From: Alphaproteobacteria bacterium
GTDB taxonomy: Bacteria; Pseudomonadota; Alphaproteobacteria; Bin95
Assembly (NCBI GenBank): GCA_038102935.1
Contig: JAYNYG010000007.1
Location: 39,270 to 103,269 of the forward strand
Length of the DNA: 64,000 nt
Direction: 5' to 3'
The notes under the pieces are model-generated. The model worked only from the letters and a program-made list of their open reading frames with translations, had not been told where the DNA came from and did not search any database. Positions 11,501-18,554 of this stretch are shown piece by piece (position 1 is the first letter of the stretch; every line of letters begins with the position of its first letter). Position numbers and translations under genes: made by a program.

Positions 11501-11598
11501 GAGAGGGCGAAGCCGATATTGTCGCCAAACGTGGCGCCCTCCACAACAAAGCCGTCCTGACCATCCAGCGTATTCAGGTCGAAGTTATTCTGCGCCAT
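8539..11598 (-). CDS. Large FG-GAP (integrin-alpha-type beta-propeller) plus RTX/hemolysin-type calcium-binding repeat protein, probable type I secretion substrate
   Basis: 1019 aa with no signal peptide. The N-terminal half has repeated FG-GAP-like units (..GDFNGDGxDDxxVGAP..). The C-terminal half has many GGxGxDxL nonapeptides (GGAGDDILRGGVGDDNLNGGDGGD...) and an acidic C-terminus. Confidence 0.8.
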   Translation of the reverse strand: MAQNNFDLNTLDGQDGFVVEGATFGDNIGFALSIFGDFNDDGLDDLAVSAPNADPDGRGGAGEIYIVFGNGGDAIVDLGNLDGANFVRLDGAANSDAIGRQVNSIGPGGDFNGDGRDDFVFGSISADPGGLGSAGEATVIFGADAAGLAALSAGGIGFDINEADGAEGFTLPGFDPGDGVGESVGNAGDINGDGIDDIIVGVRATSPDGRSNAGEAFVVFGTSAGRLADFDLQSLDGVEGFRLLGGDPNADLNNAAQNHVAGRDVGSAGDFNGDGFDDLLVGAPGFGIGDGATYLIFGKATGFQATLDLIDVDGTDGIQFTGNLRDNIGTHVSAAGDINSDGFDDFVMTAPAANLQGRVNAGANYVIFGHENFVGATVDVDALDASQGFRIDGAQAQTFQTSVVSGGGDVNGDGFDDLIIGGKSSLYNGVRTGDATVVFGAADAPAGAVFDLADLDATEGIVLGGVTNNDYTGESVSISGDVNGDGLADIAIGAPRAVNQYGVNVTGAAYVVFGSDPNGNLSIKGTNAVDDDFTGDSFANGIFGAGGDDILRGGVGDDNLNGGDGGDMALGHDGDDRAFGRDGDDILRGFAGDDRLSGGDGADLLMTDEGEDTVFGGAGDDRIVLTTANLSAGDSFDGGGGSDRLELSGGGIADLSALTLFQSVEVIQLDDLGTVLTGGAGGEAIAGGSAADTLNGAGGDDTLQGGLGLDTLAGGLGDDTYLLIAAGDENDVISEAAGEGIDTVTTVFDFDLPDNFENLNLGRDTGPNEGNGNAADNIINGSLFNDLIRGRDGDDELNGSSGVDTLLGQNGADTLTGGAGNDLYTVDDSNDTVTEQAGEGGSDRINAFADFVNPLEVEFLVGKFAAVGLTLTGNDQVNRITGANKINSPDAISGEGGNDKLVGLVGNDVINGGAGNDRIFGNSGADVIDGEAGNDVVSGQQGADIFVLGATPGRDSITDFNTAEGQINLVAHGFADFAAVQAATTDINGAATIALGGIDQVRLLSVLEADLAADDFILI

Positions 11599-11751
11599 CG
11601 GACTCTCCCCAAGTGTTCGTCCTTCGGTACGCCCCCTACCGACACATAGATTAACATCTGTGGGAGAATTGTAACCATGATCACAAAGTTTTTACGGCGG
11701 ATTTCTGCGGTTTTGGCGGAAATCCATTGAGGTCAGCGATGGAAAGCGGTC

Positions 11752-12129
11752 CTAACCCGCTTGATTCGCGATCTTTTCGAACACGGCGAGGGTTTCTTCG
11801 CTGACGTGGTGCTCAATGCCTTCTGCATCTATCGCCGCAGCCTCTGCCGGTACGCCGATTGCATGCAGAAATCCCAGAACGATCTGGTGACGCCGACGGG
11901 AGGCCTTCGCCATCGCCGCGCCTGCATCCGTTAAAAAGATGGACCGATAGGGCCGCGTTTGCACCAAGTCTTCGCGCTGCAAACGGGCGAGCGTTTTGTT
12001 AACAGTGGCATTGCTGACCCCGAACCGCTTGGCGAGATCGACCGCGCGGGCTTCGCCCTCTTCTGCGATCAAGTCCGCAATCAGCTCGACATAATCCTCC
12101 GCCACTTCCATTTGGCGGGCCTGTCGCAT
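11752..12129 (-). CDS. mntR: DtxR/MntR-family metal-dependent transcriptional repressor
   Basis: MRQARQMEVAEDYVELIADLIAEEGEARAVDLAKRFGVSNATVNKTLARLQREDL is an HTH, followed by a metal-binding/dimerisation region (HHVSEETL). It is divergent from the metal ABC importer. The start was trimmed to the ATG at 12129. Confidence 0.75.
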   Translation of the reverse strand: MRQARQMEVAEDYVELIADLIAEEGEARAVDLAKRFGVSNATVNKTLARLQREDLVQTRPYRSIFLTDAGAAMAKASRRRHQIVLGFLHAIGVPAEAAAIDAEGIEHHVSEETLAVFEKIANQAG

Positions 12130-12304
12130 CCGGTCGAACCCAGCCGCCTGGCGCGACGGATCGCCGAGCCGCGCTCGGCCCCCGCTCACTGGATGAGTTT
12201 TAGATGGATTTTCGGCCACTGCGCCCTGCCACAACATTGCATGAAACAACATCGCATCTCCGAAGCTTTTTGCAAGCCAAAGGTAGATTTTAGCCAAGGT
12301 TAAA

Positions 12305-12325
12305 TTATAGACCTATTCTTTATAA
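12305..12325. promoter_or_regulatory. AT-rich near-palindrome TTATAGA-N7-TTTATAA in the divergent mntR / transporter promoter region; candidate metalloregulator operator
   Basis: Inverted repeat with 6/7 arm match, lying in a 260-bp AT-rich spacer between divergent genes. Confidence 0.3.
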
Positions 12326-12392
12326 CTTTTTCTCTATGTAAACCTTGCACCCAAGCCTGGAACTTCCATACTCTATAGGTGTTGGAGAGGTC

Positions 12393-13391
12393 ATGCGACG
12401 GTCGATTACTCAATCTTGCGTAGGTGCGCGCCGCTTGGTTCTAGGCTGCCTTTTGGCGGCCTTCGTCGCGATTCCAACTGTTTGGACTCCGGCAGACGCC
12501 AGCGCAAAGCCGAAAATTCTGGCGACCATCGCCCAGCTTGGCGAACCCATGTCTCGCATACTGGGCGCCTGCGCCACTGTTGAAACGCTGCTCGGCCCGG
12601 GCGTGGACCCGCATCTCTACCGATTGACCCGGAGCGACGCCGCCAAGGCTCTCGCTGCGGACGCGCTATTGGCCAATGGATTGAACCTGGAAGCCCAGAT
12701 GCGCGACCTATTTGACCGGCTGAGCGCCCGAAAGCCTGTGATCTACGCGGGTGAGCGCGTAGACAAGGCAAAAATTATTCGAGCGGGCGGCGCTGTCCCA
12801 GATCCGCATATTTGGATGGACCCAAGACTTTGGCCAGACGCTTTGGCCAAGAGTGCAGCGGCAATCGCCCAAGCATTCCCGGCATGCGCACTGACCATCG
12901 CGCAAAACCAACCTGCCGTGCTCAACGAAATTATGGCGATTGACGCCTATATCGAAGCACGTGTCGCAACATTGCCGCCCAATTCGCGCGTCCTTGCGAC
13001 CGCGCATGACGCGTTCGGGTATTTTGGCAAGCGCTACGGAATGACGGTGCTAGGCGTCCAGGGTATCTCGACCGAAAGCGAGGCTGGCGTCGCGCATATC
13101 CGGGATATGGCGCAGACGATCCACGACCGGCGTATCACCGCCGTATTCGTTGAAACCTCCACCGCCGCGCGGGCGGTCGATGCAGTCATTGAAGGCGCAC
13201 AAGCGCTTGGCGCCGTCGTCAACAAAGGCCCGGCGCTGTTTTCTGACGCCATGGGGCCGCCCGGAACCTATGAGGGCACGTATATCGGCATGCTGGACCA
13301 CAACGCGACCGCAATCGTGCGCGCCCTTGGCGGCGAAGCGCCGGAACGCGGCTTGAACAGCCGGCTCGCCCAAAAGGATACATCAGGATGA
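12393..13391 (+). CDS. Periplasmic metal (Mn/Zn/Fe) ABC substrate-binding protein, TroA/ZnuA/MntC cluster-9 family
   Basis: Signal peptide MRRSITQSCVGARRLVLGCLLAAFVAIPTVW, then LYRLTRSDA...DPHIWMDP, typical of cluster-9 binding proteins. The ATG at 12393 has a GGAGAGG ribosome-binding site. Confidence 0.8.
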   Translation: MRRSITQSCVGARRLVLGCLLAAFVAIPTVWTPADASAKPKILATIAQLGEPMSRILGACATVETLLGPGVDPHLYRLTRSDAAKALAADALLANGLNLEAQMRDLFDRLSARKPVIYAGERVDKAKIIRAGGAVPDPHIWMDPRLWPDALAKSAAAIAQAFPACALTIAQNQPAVLNEIMAIDAYIEARVATLPPNSRVLATAHDAFGYFGKRYGMTVLGVQGISTESEAGVAHIRDMAQTIHDRRITAVFVETSTAARAVDAVIEGAQALGAVVNKGPALFSDAMGPPGTYEGTYIGMLDHNATAIVRALGGEAPERGLNSRLAQKDTSG

Positions 13392-14188
13392 GCCCGGATA
13401 TCCGCGCTGTCGCCAATGCTGAAACCGTACACGACCCCATCGATGCGGCGAGCCCGCTTGATGTGTCTGGGCTTACGGTCGCCTATGACCGATCACCCGC
13501 GCTTTGGAATGTTGACTATGTGGCGCCAAAGGGCGGCCTTGTGGCGATCATCGGCCCAAATGGCGCTGGCAAATCCACCTTCCTTAGAGGCGCGCTTGGG
13601 TTAACGCCGAAGCTCTCCGGCAGGGTCGCCGCTTTCGGCGCGCCTGTGGCGGACGCGCGGCGGCGGATCGCCTATGTGCCGCAGCGTGAAAGCGTCGATT
13701 GGGAGTTCCCGGCGACGGCGCTCGATGTCGCCGCCATGGGTCTCTACCGCAAAATCGGCTGGCTCCGGCCCGTCAGAAAAAAGCACCGGGAGGCCGCGCT
13801 CGCGGCATTGGCCGAGCTCGGCATGGCGGAATTTGCTGACCGCCAAATCGGCCAACTTTCCGGCGGCCAGCAACAACGTGTGTTCCTGGCGCGTGCTCTG
13901 GTCCAAGACGCGGACTTGTACTTGATGGATGAACCTTTCGCTGGCGTTGACGCCGCAACAGAGCGCACCATCGTCAGCCTGCTCCGCCGGATCGCCGCCG
14001 CCGGTAAAACCGCCATCGTCGTCCACCACGACCTGCAAACGGTCGCTGAATATTTCGATCATGCGCTGATGATCAATGTTCGCCGCATCGCATCGGGACC
14101 GATGGATGAGGTTATGACGGCGGAAAACTTGCAGAAGGCCTATGGCGGCCGCCTCGCAGCGCCTCAACTCGCAGCCGCTGTCGGCTAG
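13388..14188 (+). CDS. Metal ABC transporter ATP-binding protein
   Basis: Walker A GPNGAGKST, signature LSGGQQQRV, Walker B LYLMDEPFAGVD. Its start overlaps the binding-protein stop. Confidence 0.85.
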   Translation: MSPDIRAVANAETVHDPIDAASPLDVSGLTVAYDRSPALWNVDYVAPKGGLVAIIGPNGAGKSTFLRGALGLTPKLSGRVAAFGAPVADARRRIAYVPQRESVDWEFPATALDVAAMGLYRKIGWLRPVRKKHREAALAALAELGMAEFADRQIGQLSGGQQQRVFLARALVQDADLYLMDEPFAGVDAATERTIVSLLRRIAAAGKTAIVVHHDLQTVAEYFDHALMINVRRIASGPMDEVMTAENLQKAYGGRLAAPQLAAAVG

Positions 14189-14243
14189 CCACCCTCCCTA
14201 CACGACGAGGCGATAACTTATGGAGCCATGCGTCGCCACAAGG

Positions 14244-14409
14244 CCCCCTCGCCCTCCAACGGGGGGAGAGGGACAGGGAGAGGGGGGATATATCAGGTCG
14301 GCGCAACTGGTCAGTACAGGAAGAAGATTTCGCGTGTTTTCAATGTTCAGGCAGACCTGCAGGCGCCCCCCTCTCCCTGATCCCTCTCCCCCCAGCGGGG
14401 GCGAGGGGA
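14244..14409. repeat. REP/BIME-like paired GC-rich hairpin element, copy 1
   Basis: Two inverted units (CCCCTCGCCCTCC-AAC-GGGGGGAGAGGGACAGGGAGAGGGGGG and its near-exact reverse complement CCCCCCTCTCCCTGATCCCTCTCCCCCC-AGC-GGGGGCGAGGGG) flank about 75 bp. The same family occurs at 59982-60108 and 63646-63763. Confidence 0.6.
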
Positions 14410-14455
14410 CCCAGTGGCGGCATTTCCTGAAATCCCATGGCCATTGCCGTCCCCT

Positions 14456-15649
14456 ATGATGGACTATTGGCAAAGCTTATGGACCGCGCTCACTCTTGGC
14501 GGCGGGTATAATTCCGTCGTTGTAATGGCGGGATTGGCCGCGCTTGGCGCCGCCGCAGGCCCCATCGGCGCGCTTATGATCCTGAAGCGCCGCCCCTTGC
14601 TCGCCGATGCGGTCGCGCACGCGACGTTGCCTGGCGTCGCCATTGGCTTCCTCATCGGCCTATGGCTGACAGGCGATGGGCGTAACAGTGCGCTGCTGTT
14701 AGCGGGCGCAGCGCTCACCGGAGCCGCCGCCGCTGGCGCCATGCATCTTTTGAAGGACGGCGCTCGTATTAGCGAGGACGCAGCGACAGCCGCAGCGCTC
14801 AGCGTCTCCTTCGGTCTCGGCGTCGCGTTGCTTAGCCTCATTCAAGCGTTGCCGGCGGGCGGCCAAGCAGGGTTGAACGCCTTCCTCCTTGGCCAGGCAG
14901 CGACGCTCAATATGGATGAAGCTTGGGTCTTGGCCGGGACAAGCGGCGCAGCGCTCATCCTGCTTGCCCTGCTCTTCAAAGAATTCGCCTATATCGCGTT
15001 TGATGCGGAAGGCGCGCGTGCGCAGGGCCTCCCCGTCAAATTTCTGGACCTCATGATCACTGGCCTGATGTTGCTGTTGATCGCAGCTGGCCTCCGCGCC
15101 GTCGGACTCGTGCTGATCTTGGCGCTGTTGGTGACGCCCGCCGCCGCCGCCCGCTTCTGGACGGACCGCCTCCCCCCCCTCGCTGCATTGGCGGCATTGA
15201 TCGGCGCTGCGGGCGCTTACGCTGGCGGCGCAGTATCGGCGGCGCTGCCAAAAGCCCCAACCGGCGCCGCAATCGTCCTGATCCTGAGCGCCATTTTCCT
15301 ATTTAGCCTGCTTTTTGCGCCGAAGCGCGGCGCCCTTGCTGCGATTATCCGCCGCCAGGGCTTGCGCCGCGCCCTCCGCCGCCGCCAGATCCTGGTTGAG
15401 CTTGCCGCTGGGGCACACCCAGCCGACCCAAGGCTCGCTTGCAAACTCGGATGGATCGACGCAGGTGGCGCGCCAACCACCAAAGGTGAAGCCGCCGCCC
15501 AAGCCTGGCTCCGCGATGAACAGCTGCGTGACCGCTATCTCGCGGACCGGCCGGAAGACGCAGGCCGCTTGCTCGCAGCCGCTTTCACGCCAATCACCGA
15601 CCTCCTGCCTCGGGATGTGATCGCAGAATTGGAGAGGCGCGAGGCATGA
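14456..15649 (+). CDS. Metal ABC transporter permease with an unusual hydrophilic C-terminal extension of about 110 aa
   Basis: The multi-TM permease core (MMDYWQSLW...AARFWTDRL) is followed by an Arg-rich cytoplasmic tail (RRQGLRRALRRRQILVEL...ELERREA). The ORF start at 14414 reads through the REP element and was trimmed to MMDYW. Confidence 0.7.
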   Translation: MMDYWQSLWTALTLGGGYNSVVVMAGLAALGAAAGPIGALMILKRRPLLADAVAHATLPGVAIGFLIGLWLTGDGRNSALLLAGAALTGAAAAGAMHLLKDGARISEDAATAAALSVSFGLGVALLSLIQALPAGGQAGLNAFLLGQAATLNMDEAWVLAGTSGAALILLALLFKEFAYIAFDAEGARAQGLPVKFLDLMITGLMLLLIAAGLRAVGLVLILALLVTPAAAARFWTDRLPPLAALAALIGAAGAYAGGAVSAALPKAPTGAAIVLILSAIFLFSLLFAPKRGALAAIIRRQGLRRALRRRQILVELAAGAHPADPRLACKLGWIDAGGAPTTKGEAAAQAWLRDEQLRDRYLADRPEDAGRLLAAAFTPITDLLPRDVIAELERREA

Positions 15650-16581
15650 TATTCCTCCAGCTTGATTTCCCGGCAATGCTCGTGGCGCTTCTGGCCGCAC
15701 TTTCGGCGGCGCTGGTCGGCAATGTGTTGGTCCTCCGGCGCCAGGCGCTTATGGGCGATGCGCTGTCCCATATGGTGCTGCCGGGCGTAGTCGGCGGTTA
15801 TCTTTTAACTGGCGATACCAAATCCTGGTCCATGGTCGCAGGCGCGCTCGTTGCAGCGCTTGCGGGCGCTGGGCTCATCGTTCTGATCCGCAGGCTCGGG
15901 CGGCTCGACGCTGCGACGGCGATGGGCGTTGCGCTCACTATGCTGTTTGCGCTCGGCGTCGTCATGCTGGAGCTCGCAGAAGCGTCCAATGTCCACTTGG
16001 ATGTAGAGCACGCGCTTTATGGCAGCCTGGAAGCGGCTGTATGGATTGGCCCTCTGACTTGGGTCGAGGCGCTCAACCCCGCGCACTGGGCCTCCCTCCC
16101 CCGTGAAATCCCGATGCTGCTCGCGGTCCTCGCCGTGTTGGCGATTGCGATGATCGTCGCGTTCAAGGAAATTCGTCTGACGGCATTCGATCCAGACTAT
16201 GCCGCAGCCTTGGGCCTGCCTGCATGGGCAAGCGAGCTGGCGATCAATACAGCAGCGGCATTAGCTGTCGTGGCGGCGTTCGACGCTGTCGGCTCTATCC
16301 TGGTGATCGCCATGTTGATCTGCCCAGCCGCCGCCGCCCGCCTGCTGACCGAACGGTTGGCGGCGCAAATCTATGTCAGCCTATTGATCGCTGGCTTTGT
16401 AGCGCTCGGCGGATATGCCGCCGCCGCGTGGGGCGCGCCAGCGCTTGGCCTGCCCGCAGCATTGAATGCGGCGGGGACAATCGCTGTGACAGGCGGTGTG
16501 GCGCTCGCCGCAGCGGCTGGAAACCGCGCCATGCGTCGGCGTCGGGCGCGTGCGCTCGAACCGGGCGTGGCATTCAATTAG
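15646..16581 (+). CDS. Metal ABC transporter permease (second membrane subunit)
   Basis: Eight predicted TM segments. Its ATG overlaps the upstream stop (ATGA coupling). Confidence 0.8.
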   Translation: MIFLQLDFPAMLVALLAALSAALVGNVLVLRRQALMGDALSHMVLPGVVGGYLLTGDTKSWSMVAGALVAALAGAGLIVLIRRLGRLDAATAMGVALTMLFALGVVMLELAEASNVHLDVEHALYGSLEAAVWIGPLTWVEALNPAHWASLPREIPMLLAVLAVLAIAMIVAFKEIRLTAFDPDYAAALGLPAWASELAINTAAALAVVAAFDAVGSILVIAMLICPAAAARLLTERLAAQIYVSLLIAGFVALGGYAAAAWGAPALGLPAALNAAGTIAVTGGVALAAAAGNRAMRRRRARALEPGVAFN

Positions 16582-16637
16582 GCATCTGTCTCAATTAGAG
16601 ATAGACGCGGTCACGCGACACCTGCTAACAGATTCCT

Positions 16638-17882
16638 ATGGTTCGCCAAACCAAAGCCATAGTCAGTAAGTTGAGCGCAGTCGCACTGCTGCTCACTATC
16701 GCGTTTGTTGCTGCGGCGACGCCAGCGACCGCAGCCAAACCACCCCGCACCTATATCGTGATCGACGCCGCATCGGGCCAAGTCTTGCTGGATGAAGCGC
16801 CTGACCTGGAGGTCCACCCAGCGTCGCTGACGAAAATGATGACGCTGTATTTGCTGTTTGACGCGCTGCGCTCCGGGCGCCTCAAAATGAACTCGCGCAT
16901 CAAGTTCTCTCGCGATGCGTCTAGGCAGCCGCCATCAAAGCTTGGCGTGCGCGCCCGCCGCAGCATCACCGTCCGCACTGCGATCAATGCGCTCGCGATC
17001 AAATCCGCAAATGATGTCGCCGTCGCCGTGGCAGAACGCTTGGGGCGGACGGAAAAGCGCTTTGCAGCCAAGATGAACGCCAAGGCGCGTGCGCTCGGCA
17101 TGACGCGTACGAACTTCGTCAACGCCTCTGGTCTGCATGATCCAAAACAGGTTTCTACAGCCCGGGATATGGCGCGGTTGGCGCGCGGCCTCCGCTATAA
17201 GCACAAGCGCTACTACAAATATTTCAAGAACAGCTCCTTCCGCTACGGTCGGCGGACAATTCGCGGCCATAACCGCTTTCTCAAGAAATATCGTGGCGCC
17301 GATGGCATCAAAACCGGATACATCCGGGCCTCTGGCTTCAACCTCGCTGCATCCGTCGTGCGGAAATCGAATGGCAAGAAGCGCCGCTTGATCGCAGTTC
17401 TGATCGGCGGAAACAGTGCAGCCCGGCGGAACCTCGATATGGTTGGGCTGATGGATGCCGGATATCGCGCAGCGCGCTCCATGACGCATCGCCGCTATGT
17501 CGGCATTGCCCCATTAGCGCATGACTGGAAACGCGGCGGCATGGCGAAACCGCCGAAACGCCGCCCTGGATCAAAGCCCGTCAAGCGCAACCGTGCGCCG
17601 CTCGTAGCCGCCAACACACGGTCGCGTGGCAAGGGCGGATACGCCGTACAGGTTGGCGCGGTGCAGAACAAGCGGGCGGCGCTCAACCTCGCCCGCAAGC
17701 GCATGAACCAGTTGGGCCGCATCGTCGGCGGCGGCAAGCCCGTCACCGTCCCGCTGGCGCGCCGGAGCGGACGATTGCACCGGGCGCGCATCGCTGGGCT
17801 GCCGGAAGCCAGGGCCGCCAATGCCTGCGCCGTGTTGAAGCGCGCAGGGCATGGCTGCCTTGTCGTGGCGCCATCCGGATAA
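16638..17882 (+). CDS. D-alanyl-D-alanine carboxypeptidase (PBP5/6, peptidase S11) with a C-terminal SPOR domain
   Basis: Signal peptide, SxxK motif ASLTKMMT, SGN-type motif region, and a C-terminal GYAVQVGAVQNKRAALNLARK...YRARIAGL SPOR-like domain. Confidence 0.8.
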   Translation: MVRQTKAIVSKLSAVALLLTIAFVAAATPATAAKPPRTYIVIDAASGQVLLDEAPDLEVHPASLTKMMTLYLLFDALRSGRLKMNSRIKFSRDASRQPPSKLGVRARRSITVRTAINALAIKSANDVAVAVAERLGRTEKRFAAKMNAKARALGMTRTNFVNASGLHDPKQVSTARDMARLARGLRYKHKRYYKYFKNSSFRYGRRTIRGHNRFLKKYRGADGIKTGYIRASGFNLAASVVRKSNGKKRRLIAVLIGGNSAARRNLDMVGLMDAGYRAARSMTHRRYVGIAPLAHDWKRGGMAKPPKRRPGSKPVKRNRAPLVAANTRSRGKGGYAVQVGAVQNKRAALNLARKRMNQLGRIVGGGKPVTVPLARRSGRLHRARIAGLPEARAANACAVLKRAGHGCLVVAPSG

Positions 17883-17972
17883 ACAGGCGGCGCCCTGAAT
17901 TCAGGCCTTGCAATTTGGCATGCCGCCGTTGCACATTCCGCAAACGATATCGTTCCCGAAGAGGATGTTCAG

Positions 17973-18260
17973 ATGGCGGCGAAAGCGCGAATTTACCGGC
18001 CCGCCCGCACAGCAATGCAGCAAGGCCGCGCCAAGACCAAGCGCTGGGTGCTTGATTTTGAACCGGCAGAGCAGCGCCGCGCTGATCCGCTCATGGGCTG
18101 GATATCCTCTGGCGACACTAGACGCCAACTTTCCCTCCGCTTCGACACCAAAGAAGCCGCCATCGCCTATGCGGAAGACAAAGGCTTGGCCTATACCGTT
18201 CAAGAGCCCAAAGAACGGACGCCAAAGACCAAGAGCTACGCTGAAAATTTCCGCTGGTAA
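17973..18260 (+). CDS. ETC complex I subunit conserved-region protein (NDUFS4-like)
   Basis: 95 aa with MAAKARIYRPARTAMQQGRAKTKRWVLDFEP...PLMGW...AYAEDKGL, matching the alphaproteobacterial NDUFS4 homologue family. Confidence 0.7.
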   Translation: MAAKARIYRPARTAMQQGRAKTKRWVLDFEPAEQRRADPLMGWISSGDTRRQLSLRFDTKEAAIAYAEDKGLAYTVQEPKERTPKTKSYAENFRW

Positions 18261-18302
18261 AAACCCGGCTTTCGCCGCCAGCGACCTGACACAAACAACA
18301 AC

Positions 18303-18379
18303 GCGCCCTTAGCTCAGCCGGATAGAGCACGTGCCTTCTAAGCTCGGGGTCGCAGGTTCGAGTCCTGCAGGGCGCGCCA
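18303..18379 (+). tRNA. tRNA-Arg (anticodon TCT)
   Basis: 77-nt cloverleaf: acceptor GCGCCCT/AGGGCGC, D-arm GCTC...GAGC, anticodon loop CTTCTAA (one T-T mismatch in the anticodon stem), T-arm GCAGG-TTCGAGT-CCTGC, and encoded CCA. Confidence 0.75.
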
Positions 18380-18484
18380 CAGACTTTTGCGTAGCAAAAT
18401 GTCGATCCACAGAAGACATGGCATTCTACCGACAGGCTTTTGCGCCAGCAAACGCCGAGAGGGCGTTCGATGTTTCTCCTTCGA

Positions 18485-18505
18485 GGCGCGCCAACGACTT
18501 TTGTG
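18485..18505. repeat. Direct repeat of the tRNA-Arg 3' end (GGCGCGCCA-N2-GACTTTTG), 19/21 identical to 18371-18391
   Basis: Seen by eye as a second copy of the acceptor/CCA end plus the 3' flank, 114 bp downstream of the tRNA. Confidence 0.4.
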
Positions 18506-18554
18506 TCCATACCGGAGACATGCGTAACAGACGCGTAGCATTTGCAGCTGGCGC

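Noticed and set aside
14244-14409. CRISPR array.
   Set aside because: The GC-rich repeats are palindromic pairs in inverted orientation with irregular spacing, dispersed at three loci. They are REP/BIME-like, not direct repeats with spacers, and no cas genes are present.
14414-14455. N-terminal extension of the permease (MAAFPEIPWPLPSP) and the 79-aa and 91-aa ORFs at 14198-14473.
   Set aside because: They are translated from the REP hairpin element. The G/P/S-rich peptides are typical REP read-through artefacts.
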